Source of the DNA: Candidatus Poseidoniales archaeon
Lineage (GTDB): Archaea > Thermoplasmatota > Poseidoniia > Poseidoniales > Thalassarchaeaceae
Direction of reading: 5' to 3'
Assembly (NCBI GenBank): GCA_003602515.1
Contig: QQSB01000006.1
Span: forward strand, 16,234 to 80,233
DNA length: 64,000 nt
Shown here: one piece after another, positions 50,864-60,854 of the stretch
How positions within the stretch are numbered: the stretch's first letter is position 1
Layout of the letters: every line of letters starts with the position of its first letter
Program-made: the position numbers and the translations under genes
Notes under the pieces: model-generated
Seen by the model: only the letters and a program-made list of their open reading frames with translations
Databases searched by the model: none
Told to the model about the DNA's origin: nothing

Positions 50864-52912
50864 GTGACATTTACCATGTCTAGTCAAAGAATAACTGCAA
50901 CTCTGATAGTCTCTCTATTTTTGCTATCTGGGTGCCTAAGTGATGAAGCACTTCCGGGAAGTCAGGAAACGGAAGATTGTACCGGTGAATCCTGTGAAGA
51001 CGAAAACTCAGTTGTGGAAGAAGAGATCTTAGAGGAAGAGATCCCCATATCCGGAACAAATTTCTGCGATAACACCAATCCAGACCATTGCCTTCTACCA
51101 TTCCCCTCCTCCGCATTCCTTGATTCCGACTCCGGAACAACTACTGGATATAGGTTGGATATCGATGGTCAAGCAATACCTGACTCAGCCTCCGCACCAT
51201 CCGAAGATTTCCATATGCTTGATTACAAGGATGGACACTCTCCATCCACGCAGATATTTACAACATTTAGTAGCCTTCCAGAACTCTCTGGACTAGCTTC
51301 TCAGGAAACCATTGACCTGTCTATTCTCCCTGATCACAATAGTCTGCTTCTTAATGTGGACACGGGTCAGATAGAGGAACATTGGGTGGAAATCTCTTCC
51401 CGAACACAGGAAGACGAACCACCCCTCGTTCACATCCGATCCCTTAGGGGGCTCGATCACAACACACAGTACGCAGTAGCATTCAGGGGACTTTCAGATG
51501 AGAATGGAGATGCTATCGAACCATTTCCAGGATTCAAGGCATTAAGGGATGAGATAGCTACCGATAACCAACAGATTGAATCACTTCGATCCAGCTACGA
51601 AACAATGTTCACTTCGCTTTCCGAGGTTGGCTACGAAAGGAATGATCTGATTAGTGCGTGGTGGTTTCACACAGCATCTACACAATCAATTACTGGAGAC
51701 ATCATTTCCATGAGGGACGATGCAACACAACGCCTAGGTGACAATGGCATAGGGTGTAATGTCACATCAGTGATAGAGAACTATGCTGAAGACAATACTA
51801 CTCTCAGGAGAATAAGTGGTACAATCACAACTCCTCATTATCTGGAAGCCACCTACCCACCTACTCCCATGATTCGTTCTGAGGATGGGACTCCCCAATT
51901 CAACTTCCTGTCAGAGGTTGTCTTCACTGTGACTATCCCAATGTCCGCAGCAGAGTCCTCACAACCCGCACCACTTGTAGTTCTGGGGCATGGTTTCCTA
52001 GGAAATGGGGAGGGTATGGTCTCGGGATTCAGAGGATGGGCGAATGACTCGGGAATGGCGACAATAGGGACCGACTTCAAGGGATGGAGTTCAGACGGTG
52101 ACTTCGATGCTGTCACATTTGGATTGATGAATGTGAACTATCTCCAGCATCAGTCTGAGAGACTCCAGCAATCTGTTATCAACCACCTTGCAATGATCAC
52201 TACCATCAAAGGGATTTGCTCCGATATCCCTGAATTCTACCACAATGGGGTAAATCTGGTGGACACTACAGATGTCGATTACATGGGAGTCTCTCTAGGG
52301 GGAATAAGAGGGCCATCAATGCTTTCTCTAATCCCAGAAATTGACCGTGGAGTTCTTTGGGTGGCAGGGTCATCTTTCAGTTTTATTGCCGAGAGATCCA
52401 CTCAGTATACCCAATTCGAGCAACTTTTCTCATCCCCTCTTGCTTACGAATCGACAATGGACCGATCCATACTGATTGCATTGATGCAGTCTATGTGGGA
52501 CACTACCGAACCAGAAACCTATCTTCCATTCATTAACGGGGGTTTAGATGGTGAACTGTATCCTTACGATGTCCTTTACCTGGTTTCAATTAACGATGCG
52601 CAAGTCACTACCCTATCTGCGGACCGAGCCTCAAGGACTTCTGGAATCCCAGTACTTGCCAACTCCACGTATCACCCTCACGGGCTGGAGATTGCCGATG
52701 CTCCGACCACGGGCTCTGCAATCGTTTACTTCGATGGTAACTTCCCGGCAGTTCCTTCAGGAAACATACAGGGGCCAATGGCCTACCACTCCCTAGCGCA
52801 TAATCAGGTTCTAGGATTTGAACCTGCGATTGACTTAGCATCAGGCTTCCTGCAAAGTGGAACTATTGCCGATGAATGCTCCGGAAAATGCTACTTCAAT
52901 GGTACCTGGTAG
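50864..52912 (+). CDS. Secreted lipoprotein with alpha/beta-hydrolase-like domain
   Basis: Signal with lipobox LLSGC. Later VVLGHGFLG and GVSLGG (GxSxG) motifs suggest an esterase/lipase fold. Confidence 0.5.
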   Translation: MTFTMSSQRITATLIVSLFLLSGCLSDEALPGSQETEDCTGESCEDENSVVEEEILEEEIPISGTNFCDNTNPDHCLLPFPSSAFLDSDSGTTTGYRLDIDGQAIPDSASAPSEDFHMLDYKDGHSPSTQIFTTFSSLPELSGLASQETIDLSILPDHNSLLLNVDTGQIEEHWVEISSRTQEDEPPLVHIRSLRGLDHNTQYAVAFRGLSDENGDAIEPFPGFKALRDEIATDNQQIESLRSSYETMFTSLSEVGYERNDLISAWWFHTASTQSITGDIISMRDDATQRLGDNGIGCNVTSVIENYAEDNTTLRRISGTITTPHYLEATYPPTPMIRSEDGTPQFNFLSEVVFTVTIPMSAAESSQPAPLVVLGHGFLGNGEGMVSGFRGWANDSGMATIGTDFKGWSSDGDFDAVTFGLMNVNYLQHQSERLQQSVINHLAMITTIKGICSDIPEFYHNGVNLVDTTDVDYMGVSLGGIRGPSMLSLIPEIDRGVLWVAGSSFSFIAERSTQYTQFEQLFSSPLAYESTMDRSILIALMQSMWDTTEPETYLPFINGGLDGELYPYDVLYLVSINDAQVTTLSADRASRTSGIPVLANSTYHPHGLEIADAPTTGSAIVYFDGNFPAVPSGNIQGPMAYHSLAHNQVLGFEPAIDLASGFLQSGTIADECSGKCYFNGTW

Positions 52913-52916
52913 TAAT

Positions 52917-53852
52917 TCAATAGTTCACTCTTTCTTCTTTCTCCCCAGAGGTCCAATCGTAGATACCTGCCCCGGACTTCTTTCCGAGATGCCCGGATTC
53001 TACCATCTCATTCAGGAGTGGATGCGGCCGATATGAATCATCATCGAATGCTTCTGCAAGGCTGTTCAGGATGTCCCTCCTCACATCAAGGCCAACTAGG
53101 TCCGACAATTCCAGAGGGCCCATGGGGTGCCTGTATCCCAAGCGCATTGCAGTGTCAATGTCACTCGCAGAGGCCACACCCTCTGCTAGCATCCTTATCG
53201 CCTCGTTCCCAAGAACAACTCCAAGTCGGCTTGTCGCAAACCCAGGCACGTCCCTGACTAGAATGGTGGTCTTCCCCATCGCTTCTCCTACTTCCTTTGC
53301 AATTGATACGGTGCGTTCGTCGACTGCGTCGTGACGCACTATCTCCAGGAGTTTCATCAGTGGTACTGGATTGAAGAAATGCATCCCTATCACTCTCTCG
53401 GGGCAACTAGTGTGTGCAGCAATCTCAGAAATCGGTAGACCAGATGTGTTGGTAGCGAGAACCGCATTCGGAGATGCCAAGTCCTCTAACTCTTGGAAAA
53501 TAGACCTCTTCAGTTCCATCTTCTCTGGCACTGCTTCTATTACAATATCCGATTCATCCACAGCTTCAGACATCTCGCTGGTCGGAATCAGTTTGGACCT
53601 CCATTCCTCCTTCTGTTTGGCGGTGGTCTTGCCCTTGGAGATCCCCCTCTCCCAGAAATCCTCTATAGTCCTCATTCCCCTCTCTAGGGATTCGGGAAAT
53701 GCATCGAAGAGACGAGTCTCCCAACCAGTCTGAGCGCAGACCTGGGCAATTCCCGATCCCATCGTACCAGCTCCGATTACTGCAATCGTGCGTATTGTCA
53801 CGAGTGTCGGAAGGTCTGCTGGGAAATAAGCAGTGCTAACTCTCGCGACCAT
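52917..53852 (-). CDS. 3-hydroxyacyl-CoA dehydrogenase (3-hydroxybutyryl-CoA dehydrogenase-like)
   Basis: IAVIGAGTMGSGIAQV NAD-binding N-terminus and 3HCDH C-domain. Confidence 0.85.
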   Translation of the reverse strand: MVARVSTAYFPADLPTLVTIRTIAVIGAGTMGSGIAQVCAQTGWETRLFDAFPESLERGMRTIEDFWERGISKGKTTAKQKEEWRSKLIPTSEMSEAVDESDIVIEAVPEKMELKRSIFQELEDLASPNAVLATNTSGLPISEIAAHTSCPERVIGMHFFNPVPLMKLLEIVRHDAVDERTVSIAKEVGEAMGKTTILVRDVPGFATSRLGVVLGNEAIRMLAEGVASASDIDTAMRLGYRHPMGPLELSDLVGLDVRRDILNSLAEAFDDDSYRPHPLLNEMVESGHLGKKSGAGIYDWTSGEKEERVNY

Positions 53853-54399
53853 ATGCTGCTAGAGCGGACTGGAACAGCCTCTGCCGAGGGACGTCATGCT
53901 CCAAGAAGCATGTGAAGGGGGCTACATCCTTCAGAAGCTCGATGGAAGAGACGTATGCCCCATAGATGAATGGGTCTGCCTCCTTCATCTCGGGGATGTC
54001 AATGCCTAGTTTTCCTAGACCCTTTCTGGTGTCATCATCCCATATTGAGTATGTATGATGGGTGAAGTGCAGGTATGCGGAGAGCCTTCTGATGTCGGAT
54101 CTAGCCTTGTCAGTCAGACTCTCGATCAGAAGCGTATCCGGATAGCGAATAGCATACAGCGACAGTAGAACCTCCCTTTGCGTCTCAGCCCTCCATGCTC
54201 TATCCTCAAGTCCCATCCATCCGTCAATCATATCGAGCATTTCTGGGGTGTAGGGGCGACTGACTCGGTAGAGCAGACTCTCGTATTCGTCCGGATCCTG
54301 CTCCTCCGAGTGGTGATGCTCATGGAATAGCTCGGTCAGCCTGTCGAAGAATGGCAGGCAGAGTTCCTTGTCAAAAATGGATAGAGCGACGTGTTGCAT
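53836..54399 (-). CDS. Hypothetical protein (187 aa) immediately downstream of the PaaA-like gene
   Basis: An ORF with His/Glu-rich patches (HEHHHSEEQD, HFTHHTY). There is no confident family assignment. Confidence 0.35.
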   Translation of the reverse strand: MQHVALSIFDKELCLPFFDRLTELFHEHHHSEEQDPDEYESLLYRVSRPYTPEMLDMIDGWMGLEDRAWRAETQREVLLSLYAIRYPDTLLIESLTDKARSDIRRLSAYLHFTHHTYSIWDDDTRKGLGKLGIDIPEMKEADPFIYGAYVSSIELLKDVAPFTCFLEHDVPRQRLFQSALAAYGRES

Positions 54400-54414
54400 G
54401 GAAATCCCCCTGGT

Positions 54415-55557
54415 CTATTTCCCCTTCCATTCCCTGTACTGAATCCAATCCTGCTTCATGTAGTCGTTAACCAGCCTTTCCTCGTCCTCCTCGGTCGGAA
54501 GGACGCTTGCCAGGTAGTCCTCCCACTCTTGGTCGCTACCGTCGAAAGGCTCCCCCTCCACAGTGTAATTCTTCCCAGCGTACTTCCCGATACCCCTCTT
54601 GAATTTGTCAGAGGGGATGAAAAGCTCCGGCTCTCCTTCCTTACGGGCTTTACTGATCCTCCTCATCTCCTCGCTAAGCTCTTGAAAATATAGATCTCTG
54701 CTAGCCTCGTTGAGGTGATCCCTGTCTGCAGACTCAGTCGCCTCCCTCTCGTCATAACGGCCCTTTATGCCATAGACGTAGGCCCATTGCGCGCTCGTCG
54801 AGTCATCGGTCCCGAACAGGTCTAATCCGGTACTGACCCATTTGTTTACGTATTTCTGTACTAGGGCACATGGGATGACTCCCTGCTTCACTATCCTCCT
54901 GAGGCCATTGGCCCCCGTACCTAGGTGGAAAGACTCCTCCTTGAGCATCGGGCCCATGCTTGCTGCAAGCGGTTTGAAGGAGGAAGTGCTGAGCATCTTC
55001 AGCTGATATTTTCCATCCCTGTCGATGAAGTGTGTGAACATGAAGAAGTCCAGCCAGTGGTCTATTGGCTCGTTAAACGACCCAAGGATTCTCGTCCCCT
55101 CCTGTGCGTTCCTCTCCAGGAGCTTCGCAGCCTCTCTGACTCCCTGTTCCCCGAAGAATGTGCAAAGCAGGTAAGCCATCTGCCATCCGTGCCGCTGCTC
55201 TTCACACATGATTCTGAGAGCAGACTTCTTGTCGTACTCGGTTGGTGCCGTTTCCAGAAGATGGTTCTGCTGCTCGACGCTCGCGAACTCAGTGTCGCCC
55301 TGGACACTTACCATGGTGATTATCGCATCCATTATGTTCTGTTGTGGGATTTGCATTCTACGGTCCCACTTGGGCATACCCTCGAAATCACCGAACTCAA
55401 TCTCGTTGCCAGCAGTGTCCCAGTCGAACTTAATATCGAATCTATAGTCTCCAAGCCAAGAGGGATCGAACCCAATCCTAGTCTGCCATTCATTGAATTC
55501 TTCAATCCACGTCTCAAAGTTCGTGGGGTAACTTTCTACTACCTCTGTATCAGCCAT
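54415..55557 (-). CDS. PaaA/BoxB-family diiron CoA-thioester epoxidase-like protein (ferritin-like)
   Basis: Two diiron E-E-x-x-H motifs: MCEEQRHGWQMAYLL (cf. PaaA QDEAGHGLYLY) and LKEESFHLGTG (cf. PaaA CKEEVFHQRQG). Confidence 0.65.
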   Translation of the reverse strand: MADTEVVESYPTNFETWIEEFNEWQTRIGFDPSWLGDYRFDIKFDWDTAGNEIEFGDFEGMPKWDRRMQIPQQNIMDAIITMVSVQGDTEFASVEQQNHLLETAPTEYDKKSALRIMCEEQRHGWQMAYLLCTFFGEQGVREAAKLLERNAQEGTRILGSFNEPIDHWLDFFMFTHFIDRDGKYQLKMLSTSSFKPLAASMGPMLKEESFHLGTGANGLRRIVKQGVIPCALVQKYVNKWVSTGLDLFGTDDSTSAQWAYVYGIKGRYDEREATESADRDHLNEASRDLYFQELSEEMRRISKARKEGEPELFIPSDKFKRGIGKYAGKNYTVEGEPFDGSDQEWEDYLASVLPTEEDEERLVNDYMKQDWIQYREWKGK

Positions 55558-55621
55558 TGAGCATCCCAGTACAAACGGGTATTTCAGAGATTGCTTCTCT
55601 CAACTACACAGCGTTCTCTGG

Positions 55622-56515
55622 TTACTTTCCTTCGAACCTGGGCGTCTGCTTGTCGACGTATGCCTTGATGCCAGTCTTAGCATCATCCGACTGGAATAGG
55701 TCGGACTGCAACTCGCGCTCCAAAGCCAGATGATATTCCAGCGGGATCTCCAGTCCGCTCTGCACGCTTCGCTTGATATTCCCGATCGCCTTTGCTGCAG
55801 CGAATGGGAGTGTGAAGCGTCCAGAGTAGTCGAGGACATCCTGATGGAACTCTTCCAGAGTCATGCTATCATAGATGTCATGAACCAGATCCATGTCCTT
55901 CGCTTCTTCGAAGGAGAACTTCCTACCAGTAACCATGATCTCCATTGCCCTAGCCTTTCCGACAAGACGTGAAAGTCTAGCAGTACCTCCGGTCCCAGCT
56001 AGAACGCCCAGTGAGACCTCAGGTAGTCCGACCTGGAAGTTACCCTTTCTCGCGATTCTTATGTCAGCAGCCATTGCTATTTCCAAACCTCCTCCAACAG
56101 TATGTCCATTCAGAGCCGCGATAACTATCTTTGGCGTTTGCTCCAATCTCGACAGAGTCTCATTGGCATGAAGACAGAAGAAATACTTGTATCGTGGAGT
56201 GAGTTTGTTCAGATACTTGATGCTAGCTCCAGCAGAAAAGAACTTCTCGCCATGACCAGTTAGAAGAATTACTGAGACATCATCATCAAATCTAGCGCTC
56301 AGGATAGCATCATCAATGTCGTGCCACATCTCCCTCGTGTAGGTGTTAACAGCCGTCCTATCTCCCTCAAGGGGATCTCCATCGGAATCGGATGCCAGTT
56401 CGATTATCGCTACTCCGTTTTCTGTCACCCCGTAGTTTACGAGGTGGTTTTTCATGGGCTTTAACTCGGGCCATGTTGTCATGCTCACACGACCGAGTTC
56501 CGCCATATCAACCAA
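55622..56515 (-). CDS. Enoyl-CoA hydratase/isomerase family protein
   Basis: Motifs LLTGHGEKFFSAGASI and ALNGHTVGGGLEIAMAADIRIA. Confidence 0.8.
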   Translation of the reverse strand: MVDMAELGRVSMTTWPELKPMKNHLVNYGVTENGVAIIELASDSDGDPLEGDRTAVNTYTREMWHDIDDAILSARFDDDVSVILLTGHGEKFFSAGASIKYLNKLTPRYKYFFCLHANETLSRLEQTPKIVIAALNGHTVGGGLEIAMAADIRIARKGNFQVGLPEVSLGVLAGTGGTARLSRLVGKARAMEIMVTGRKFSFEEAKDMDLVHDIYDSMTLEEFHQDVLDYSGRFTLPFAAAKAIGNIKRSVQSGLEIPLEYHLALERELQSDLFQSDDAKTGIKAYVDKQTPRFEGK

Positions 56516-56532
56516 ACGGAGGACTAACTAGG

Positions 56533-57771
56533 CTAACTATCCGACTCTTGGAAAGAAAGTTTTCCACCGCCTTTCCTGACCGAATCCCACTCTTCCCGTA
56601 TTTTCCTAGCCCTTTCGCTGGGCTCCCAGATGTCTCTGTTTAGGGGTTTCCTGAATGGCATTCTGTGAACTACTCTCCCATCGGAGAGGATCTTTTTCCT
56701 AAGCATTCCAATTTTCACTATCGGCCAGAGTGCTCTCCGAATCAGCCCAGGTTTGTACAGCCAACGCATGAAACTCAAACCATCCCCCTTCCTTCTCTGG
56801 TCTCTCATCCACTGATTAGCCACAATCTTGAATCCTCTGTCTCCGACCCTGTTCATCAGGAATCGGTTAATCGCACTCGCTCTAACTAGCGGAACCAGTC
56901 GTCCCCTGATTTCTTTCTCGTAATCTAACTCTCCTAGTATGGCTTTGGCGGAGAGAACCCCACTAGTAATTGCGTATCTCATTCCAAAACCCCACATGAA
57001 GTCTTGCAATCCGCCCGCCTCTCCGACGTAGAACCTCCCTTCGTGTTCGTATTTGGTCGGCAGCCCAAAATCTCCCTTGCCTCCAACCCTCTTGATAGGT
57101 TTCCTATTCAGATCGTAGTTCTCCTCGTACCAAGCAATTGTCTCGTCAAGATAACGACCGCTATTCCTCTGCTTCCTCCAAAGGCATGTGCAAATCAGAC
57201 CTATTCCGTCAATAATGATCAAGTAAGAATATGCCCCTGGAGCCAATTTATCATTTAGTTGGAATGCCACTATGTTTCGATGACTGGTCTCAAAGATCTC
57301 TCCGTATGCGACAGCACTGGATTCTCTTGGCCCAGCGGCCACAATGTCGCATTCTTCTGGCGGTTTTCTGGTTCCATAGTGGATTTTTGCCCCCGATTCC
57401 AAAGCCATCCTCTTGAAACCCTGATCTATTGTGTGTCCCGATGTTCCCCTTTCGACCACTCTGAATGCCACTCCATCTGTTTCTGGGTGGGTGACCACGT
57501 CATCTGGATGAATCAGATCGATTATCCCAAATGCATCGGATTTGAACTCATTCGTATCAAATCCCCATTCGGCTAACTCGTCAAAGAAGTCTACTTCACC
57601 AGTCCAATTCTCTATTCCTTGAAAGTCACCATCAAACCTCGCCCCACTATCCTTTCTTATCTCATGGACGTGGACATCCTTGCCGGATCGGGCCAAAATT
57701 GTGGCTGCAGCCAAACCAGACAGTCCAGCCCCAAGGATATGCACTTCATCGCTCACAATATCGCGAATCAT
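56533..57771 (-). CDS. FAD-dependent oxidoreductase, geranylgeranyl reductase family
   Basis: VHILGAGLSGLAAA dinucleotide-binding motif. C-terminal GEAGGLQDFMWGFGMRYAITSG (cf. GGR GDAAG...G.G). The start was trimmed to ATG 57771. The track ORF extends 115 codons upstream of this. Confidence 0.65.
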   Translation of the reverse strand: MIRDIVSDEVHILGAGLSGLAAATILARSGKDVHVHEIRKDSGARFDGDFQGIENWTGEVDFFDELAEWGFDTNEFKSDAFGIIDLIHPDDVVTHPETDGVAFRVVERGTSGHTIDQGFKRMALESGAKIHYGTRKPPEECDIVAAGPRESSAVAYGEIFETSHRNIVAFQLNDKLAPGAYSYLIIIDGIGLICTCLWRKQRNSGRYLDETIAWYEENYDLNRKPIKRVGGKGDFGLPTKYEHEGRFYVGEAGGLQDFMWGFGMRYAITSGVLSAKAILGELDYEKEIRGRLVPLVRASAINRFLMNRVGDRGFKIVANQWMRDQRRKGDGLSFMRWLYKPGLIRRALWPIVKIGMLRKKILSDGRVVHRMPFRKPLNRDIWEPSERARKIREEWDSVRKGGGKLSFQESDS

Positions 57772-57832
57772 TGCTTTCGCTTGAACAGTTGGGTCATCCG
57801 TCGATTTCAAGCGAGTAATCTCATGGCGCACT

Positions 57833-58252
57833 GTGACCGTGCATATCGAGATAGCCAGAGGTCCCCTCGACACCGCTGAACTAAGGGGCTTGGTTGATTC
57901 ACAAGGATGCGGCAGCATAGTTAGTTTTGTAGGGATTACTAGGGGGATGGAAGATGGCTTCTCGGTTAAGAGTCTCGAATTTGATGCTTGGGAAGGCAGA
58001 CTGGAAGATGTGCTTAGAAGCATTGCAGACCAGTCGATATCCAAGTTTGGAGTAAAATCAGTGGTCATGGCCCATCGGATAGGCTCGGTTAAACCCGAAG
58101 AGAACATAGTTTGCATCCACGTAGGATCGGCCCACAGGTCAGAGGGTTTCTCCGCATGCTCGTGGCTAATCTCAGAATTAAAGAAGCAGGCCCCACTATG
58201 GAAGAAGGAGATTAGAGAGGATGGAGAGTTCTGGAAGGCAGGTCTTGGTTGA
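57833..58252 (+). CDS. moaE: Molybdopterin synthase catalytic subunit MoaE
   Basis: Motifs GSIVSFVGITRG...HRIGSVKPEENIVCIHVGSAHR...PLWKKE. Confidence 0.8.
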   Translation: MTVHIEIARGPLDTAELRGLVDSQGCGSIVSFVGITRGMEDGFSVKSLEFDAWEGRLEDVLRSIADQSISKFGVKSVVMAHRIGSVKPEENIVCIHVGSAHRSEGFSACSWLISELKKQAPLWKKEIREDGEFWKAGLG

Positions 58253-58321
58253 TCGACAATAACTCCAGATCCCCTCTTCCGAGCCTCTGAATAGGGACTG
58301 CCTCCTCGGAGTTAATATGAT

Positions 58322-58774
58322 GTGGGGGATGACTCCTTGGGAATAGTGGATGTGGGATCAAAGCCAATACTCGAGAGAGAAGCTACTGCTACTGGGTCTA
58401 TTCGTCTCTCCAAGGAGGCTATCGACTCTGTCATTAATGGAAAATCCCCCAAGGGGGACGTCAGGGAAGCATCCACCATCTCTGCAATCCAGGCTGTCAA
58501 GGAGACACCTCGCACACTCCCCCATTGCCACCCCATACCAATCGAGGCTTGCAATGTTGAATGGGATGTTGCCGAGGAGCAACTGCATTGTACAGTTACT
58601 GTTCGCACTCACTGGACCACTGGAGTTGAGATGGAGGCTCTTTGCGGAGTTAGTGCTGGATTACTTTGTGCGTGGGATATGCTCAAACCCATTGAGAAGG
58701 ACGAAAACGGCCAGTATCCAACTGTCTCTATCGAAGGGATAAGGGTACTACGGAAGAAAAAGATACACCCATAG
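58322..58774 (+). CDS. moaC: Cyclic pyranopterin monophosphate synthase accessory protein MoaC
   Basis: Motifs VDVGSK...KGDV...LPHCHPI. Confidence 0.85.
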   Translation: MGDDSLGIVDVGSKPILEREATATGSIRLSKEAIDSVINGKSPKGDVREASTISAIQAVKETPRTLPHCHPIPIEACNVEWDVAEEQLHCTVTVRTHWTTGVEMEALCGVSAGLLCAWDMLKPIEKDENGQYPTVSIEGIRVLRKKKIHP

Positions 58775-58804
58775 GTTTGATTTCCCTAACCCCTTCACAA
58801 GGAC

Positions 58805-59752
58805 ATGCCAACTGCGGATCTGACTCCAGAGTTTCTGAAGGCGACTGAGGCAGCAGCAATTGCTGCCTCAAAATGGAAGGGGCTAGGCGATGGAAAGGCT
58901 GCGGATGGAGCAGCCGTGGAAGCAATGCGTGAAGTCTTCGACTCGATCCCATTCGATGGACGGGTCGCAATCGGAGAGGGGGAGCGAGACGATGCTCCCA
59001 TGCTTTGGATCGGAGAGCCATTGGGTTCGAAGCAAGGAGATCCCAATGCCATGTCCATCGATATCGCTGTAGATCCTCTCGAATGCACAAATCACGTTGC
59101 TTCTGATCTGCCAAATGCTATGGCAGTTCTCGCTGCAGGGCCAAGGGGTTCACTTCTCCATGCCCCTGACTGTTACATGGACAAGATTGCAGGCCCAGCA
59201 GAGATTTCAGGTGTAACTAGTCTGGAAGCGGATGTGGATTACAACATTGAAGGGGCCTCAAATGCCATAGGAAAGAGGCCCGAAGAGATGAAAGTTGTAG
59301 TGATGGATAGACCTAGGCACAATGAACTAATCAGAGATTTGAAGAATCTCGGAATAAAACCAATATTAATTGGTGATGGTGACATTACTGCCGCTCTTAA
59401 TGCAGCAGATCCAAATTCGGAGATAGACATGCTAATGGGGATTGGTGCCGCCCCAGAGGGAGTAATTACCGCTACCGCATTGAGAGGCCTTGGATCCTCA
59501 TTCGAAGGTCGTTTAGTTTTCAAGAATGATGGCCACAGAGAGAGGGCAGAGAAAATGATTGACGGAGATATCGAGAGGATATGGGGTCGAGATGAGCTAT
59601 GCTCCTCTGATGACTCAATTTTTATTGGAACTGGTGTTTGTGATGGAAGGACAAAGGGGGTTGAGGATATCGGAGACAATGTTCACAGAGTATCTTCAGA
59701 GATTATTGATGTCCAATCGAAAAATCACTACTTTTCTTCAACGATTGTTTAG
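58805..59752 (+). CDS. glpX: Fructose-1,6-bisphosphatase class II (GlpX type)
   Basis: Motifs TEAAAIAASKWKGLGDGKAADGAAVEAMR, AVDPLECTN and GIGAAPEGVITATAL. Confidence 0.8.
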   Translation: MPTADLTPEFLKATEAAAIAASKWKGLGDGKAADGAAVEAMREVFDSIPFDGRVAIGEGERDDAPMLWIGEPLGSKQGDPNAMSIDIAVDPLECTNHVASDLPNAMAVLAAGPRGSLLHAPDCYMDKIAGPAEISGVTSLEADVDYNIEGASNAIGKRPEEMKVVVMDRPRHNELIRDLKNLGIKPILIGDGDITAALNAADPNSEIDMLMGIGAAPEGVITATALRGLGSSFEGRLVFKNDGHRERAEKMIDGDIERIWGRDELCSSDDSIFIGTGVCDGRTKGVEDIGDNVHRVSSEIIDVQSKNHYFSSTIV

Positions 59753-59789
59753 CCCGGAACTATAACCCAGGGAACCAATACCAAAGTCG

Positions 59790-60854
59790 ATGGTTTCTTT
59801 TCTCAGAACGTTTTCCACAGATTCGGGGAAGAGGATGGATAGACAATTACTAGAGAAAAATGCGAGAGAATTGGTATCGCCAGGAAGAGGTATACTGGCT
59901 GCGGATGAGAGCAATGGTACAATGTCCAGCCGACTTGAGGCGGTAGGCATCGAACCCTCTCCCGAGGCAAGAAGAGCTTATCGCACAAACCTATTCTCCA
60001 CCGAGGGATACGAATCCGCGATTAGCGGAGTGATACTATTCGATGAAACGATCCGCCAATCTATGGATAATGGCAAGAAAATTACTCAAGAACTATCAGA
60101 AAGAGGAGTCCTTCCAGGGATCAAAGTCGATACAGGAGCAAAGGAACTGGCCCTATTCGAAGGTGAGAAGATAACTGAGGGCCTTGATGGCCTCAGGGAA
60201 AGGTGCAAAGAATATTTTTCGATGGGTGCCAGATTCGCAAAATGGCGAGCAGTGATCAGGATTGGCGATGGTATTCCAAGCACTGCATGCCTCTACACAA
60301 ACGCTCATGCTCTTGCAAGATATTCCGCTATCTGCCAAGAACAGGGACTAGTCCCAATTATCGAGCCGGAGGTGCTAATGGATGGTGACCATGACGCTAG
60401 GACTTGCTTCGACGTCACGTCTTCGATTCTCGACGCCACTTTCGCAGAGTGTGAGAAACAGGGAGTCCATATCCCAGGGGCTCTATTGAAGCCAAACATG
60501 ATTATCGCTGGAAAGGAAAGTGAAGATCAGATTTCTAGAGAGGAAGTTGCTAGACTTACTGTGGATTGTCTATCAAAACATGTCCCCCATGAATTGCCAG
60601 GGATAGTTTTCCTCTCGGGGGGGCAGTCGGATGCAGACGCGACAGCACATCTCAATCTCATGAATGATATGGGGGTCGAACATCCTTGGCAACTATCCTA
60701 CTCTTACGGTAGGGCCCTTCAGGCGGATGCCCTGATAAAGTGGTCAGGCGATGGTGGAGACTCGGCTTCCGCCAGCCAAGCAGCGTTCTTGCATAGGGCA
60801 AAAATGAACAGCCTAGCCAGAAGTGGTGATTGGAGTCAAGATCTAGAAGGTTGA
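59790..60854 (+). CDS. Fructose-bisphosphate aldolase class I, Glycolytic (eukaryote/bacterial) family
   Basis: Motifs GRGILAADES, LFDETIRQ and ALLKPNM (Schiff-base Lys region). An alternative start at ATG 59835 is preceded by GGAAGAGG. Confidence 0.85.
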   Translation: MVSFLRTFSTDSGKRMDRQLLEKNARELVSPGRGILAADESNGTMSSRLEAVGIEPSPEARRAYRTNLFSTEGYESAISGVILFDETIRQSMDNGKKITQELSERGVLPGIKVDTGAKELALFEGEKITEGLDGLRERCKEYFSMGARFAKWRAVIRIGDGIPSTACLYTNAHALARYSAICQEQGLVPIIEPEVLMDGDHDARTCFDVTSSILDATFAECEKQGVHIPGALLKPNMIIAGKESEDQISREEVARLTVDCLSKHVPHELPGIVFLSGGQSDADATAHLNLMNDMGVEHPWQLSYSYGRALQADALIKWSGDGGDSASASQAAFLHRAKMNSLARSGDWSQDLEG

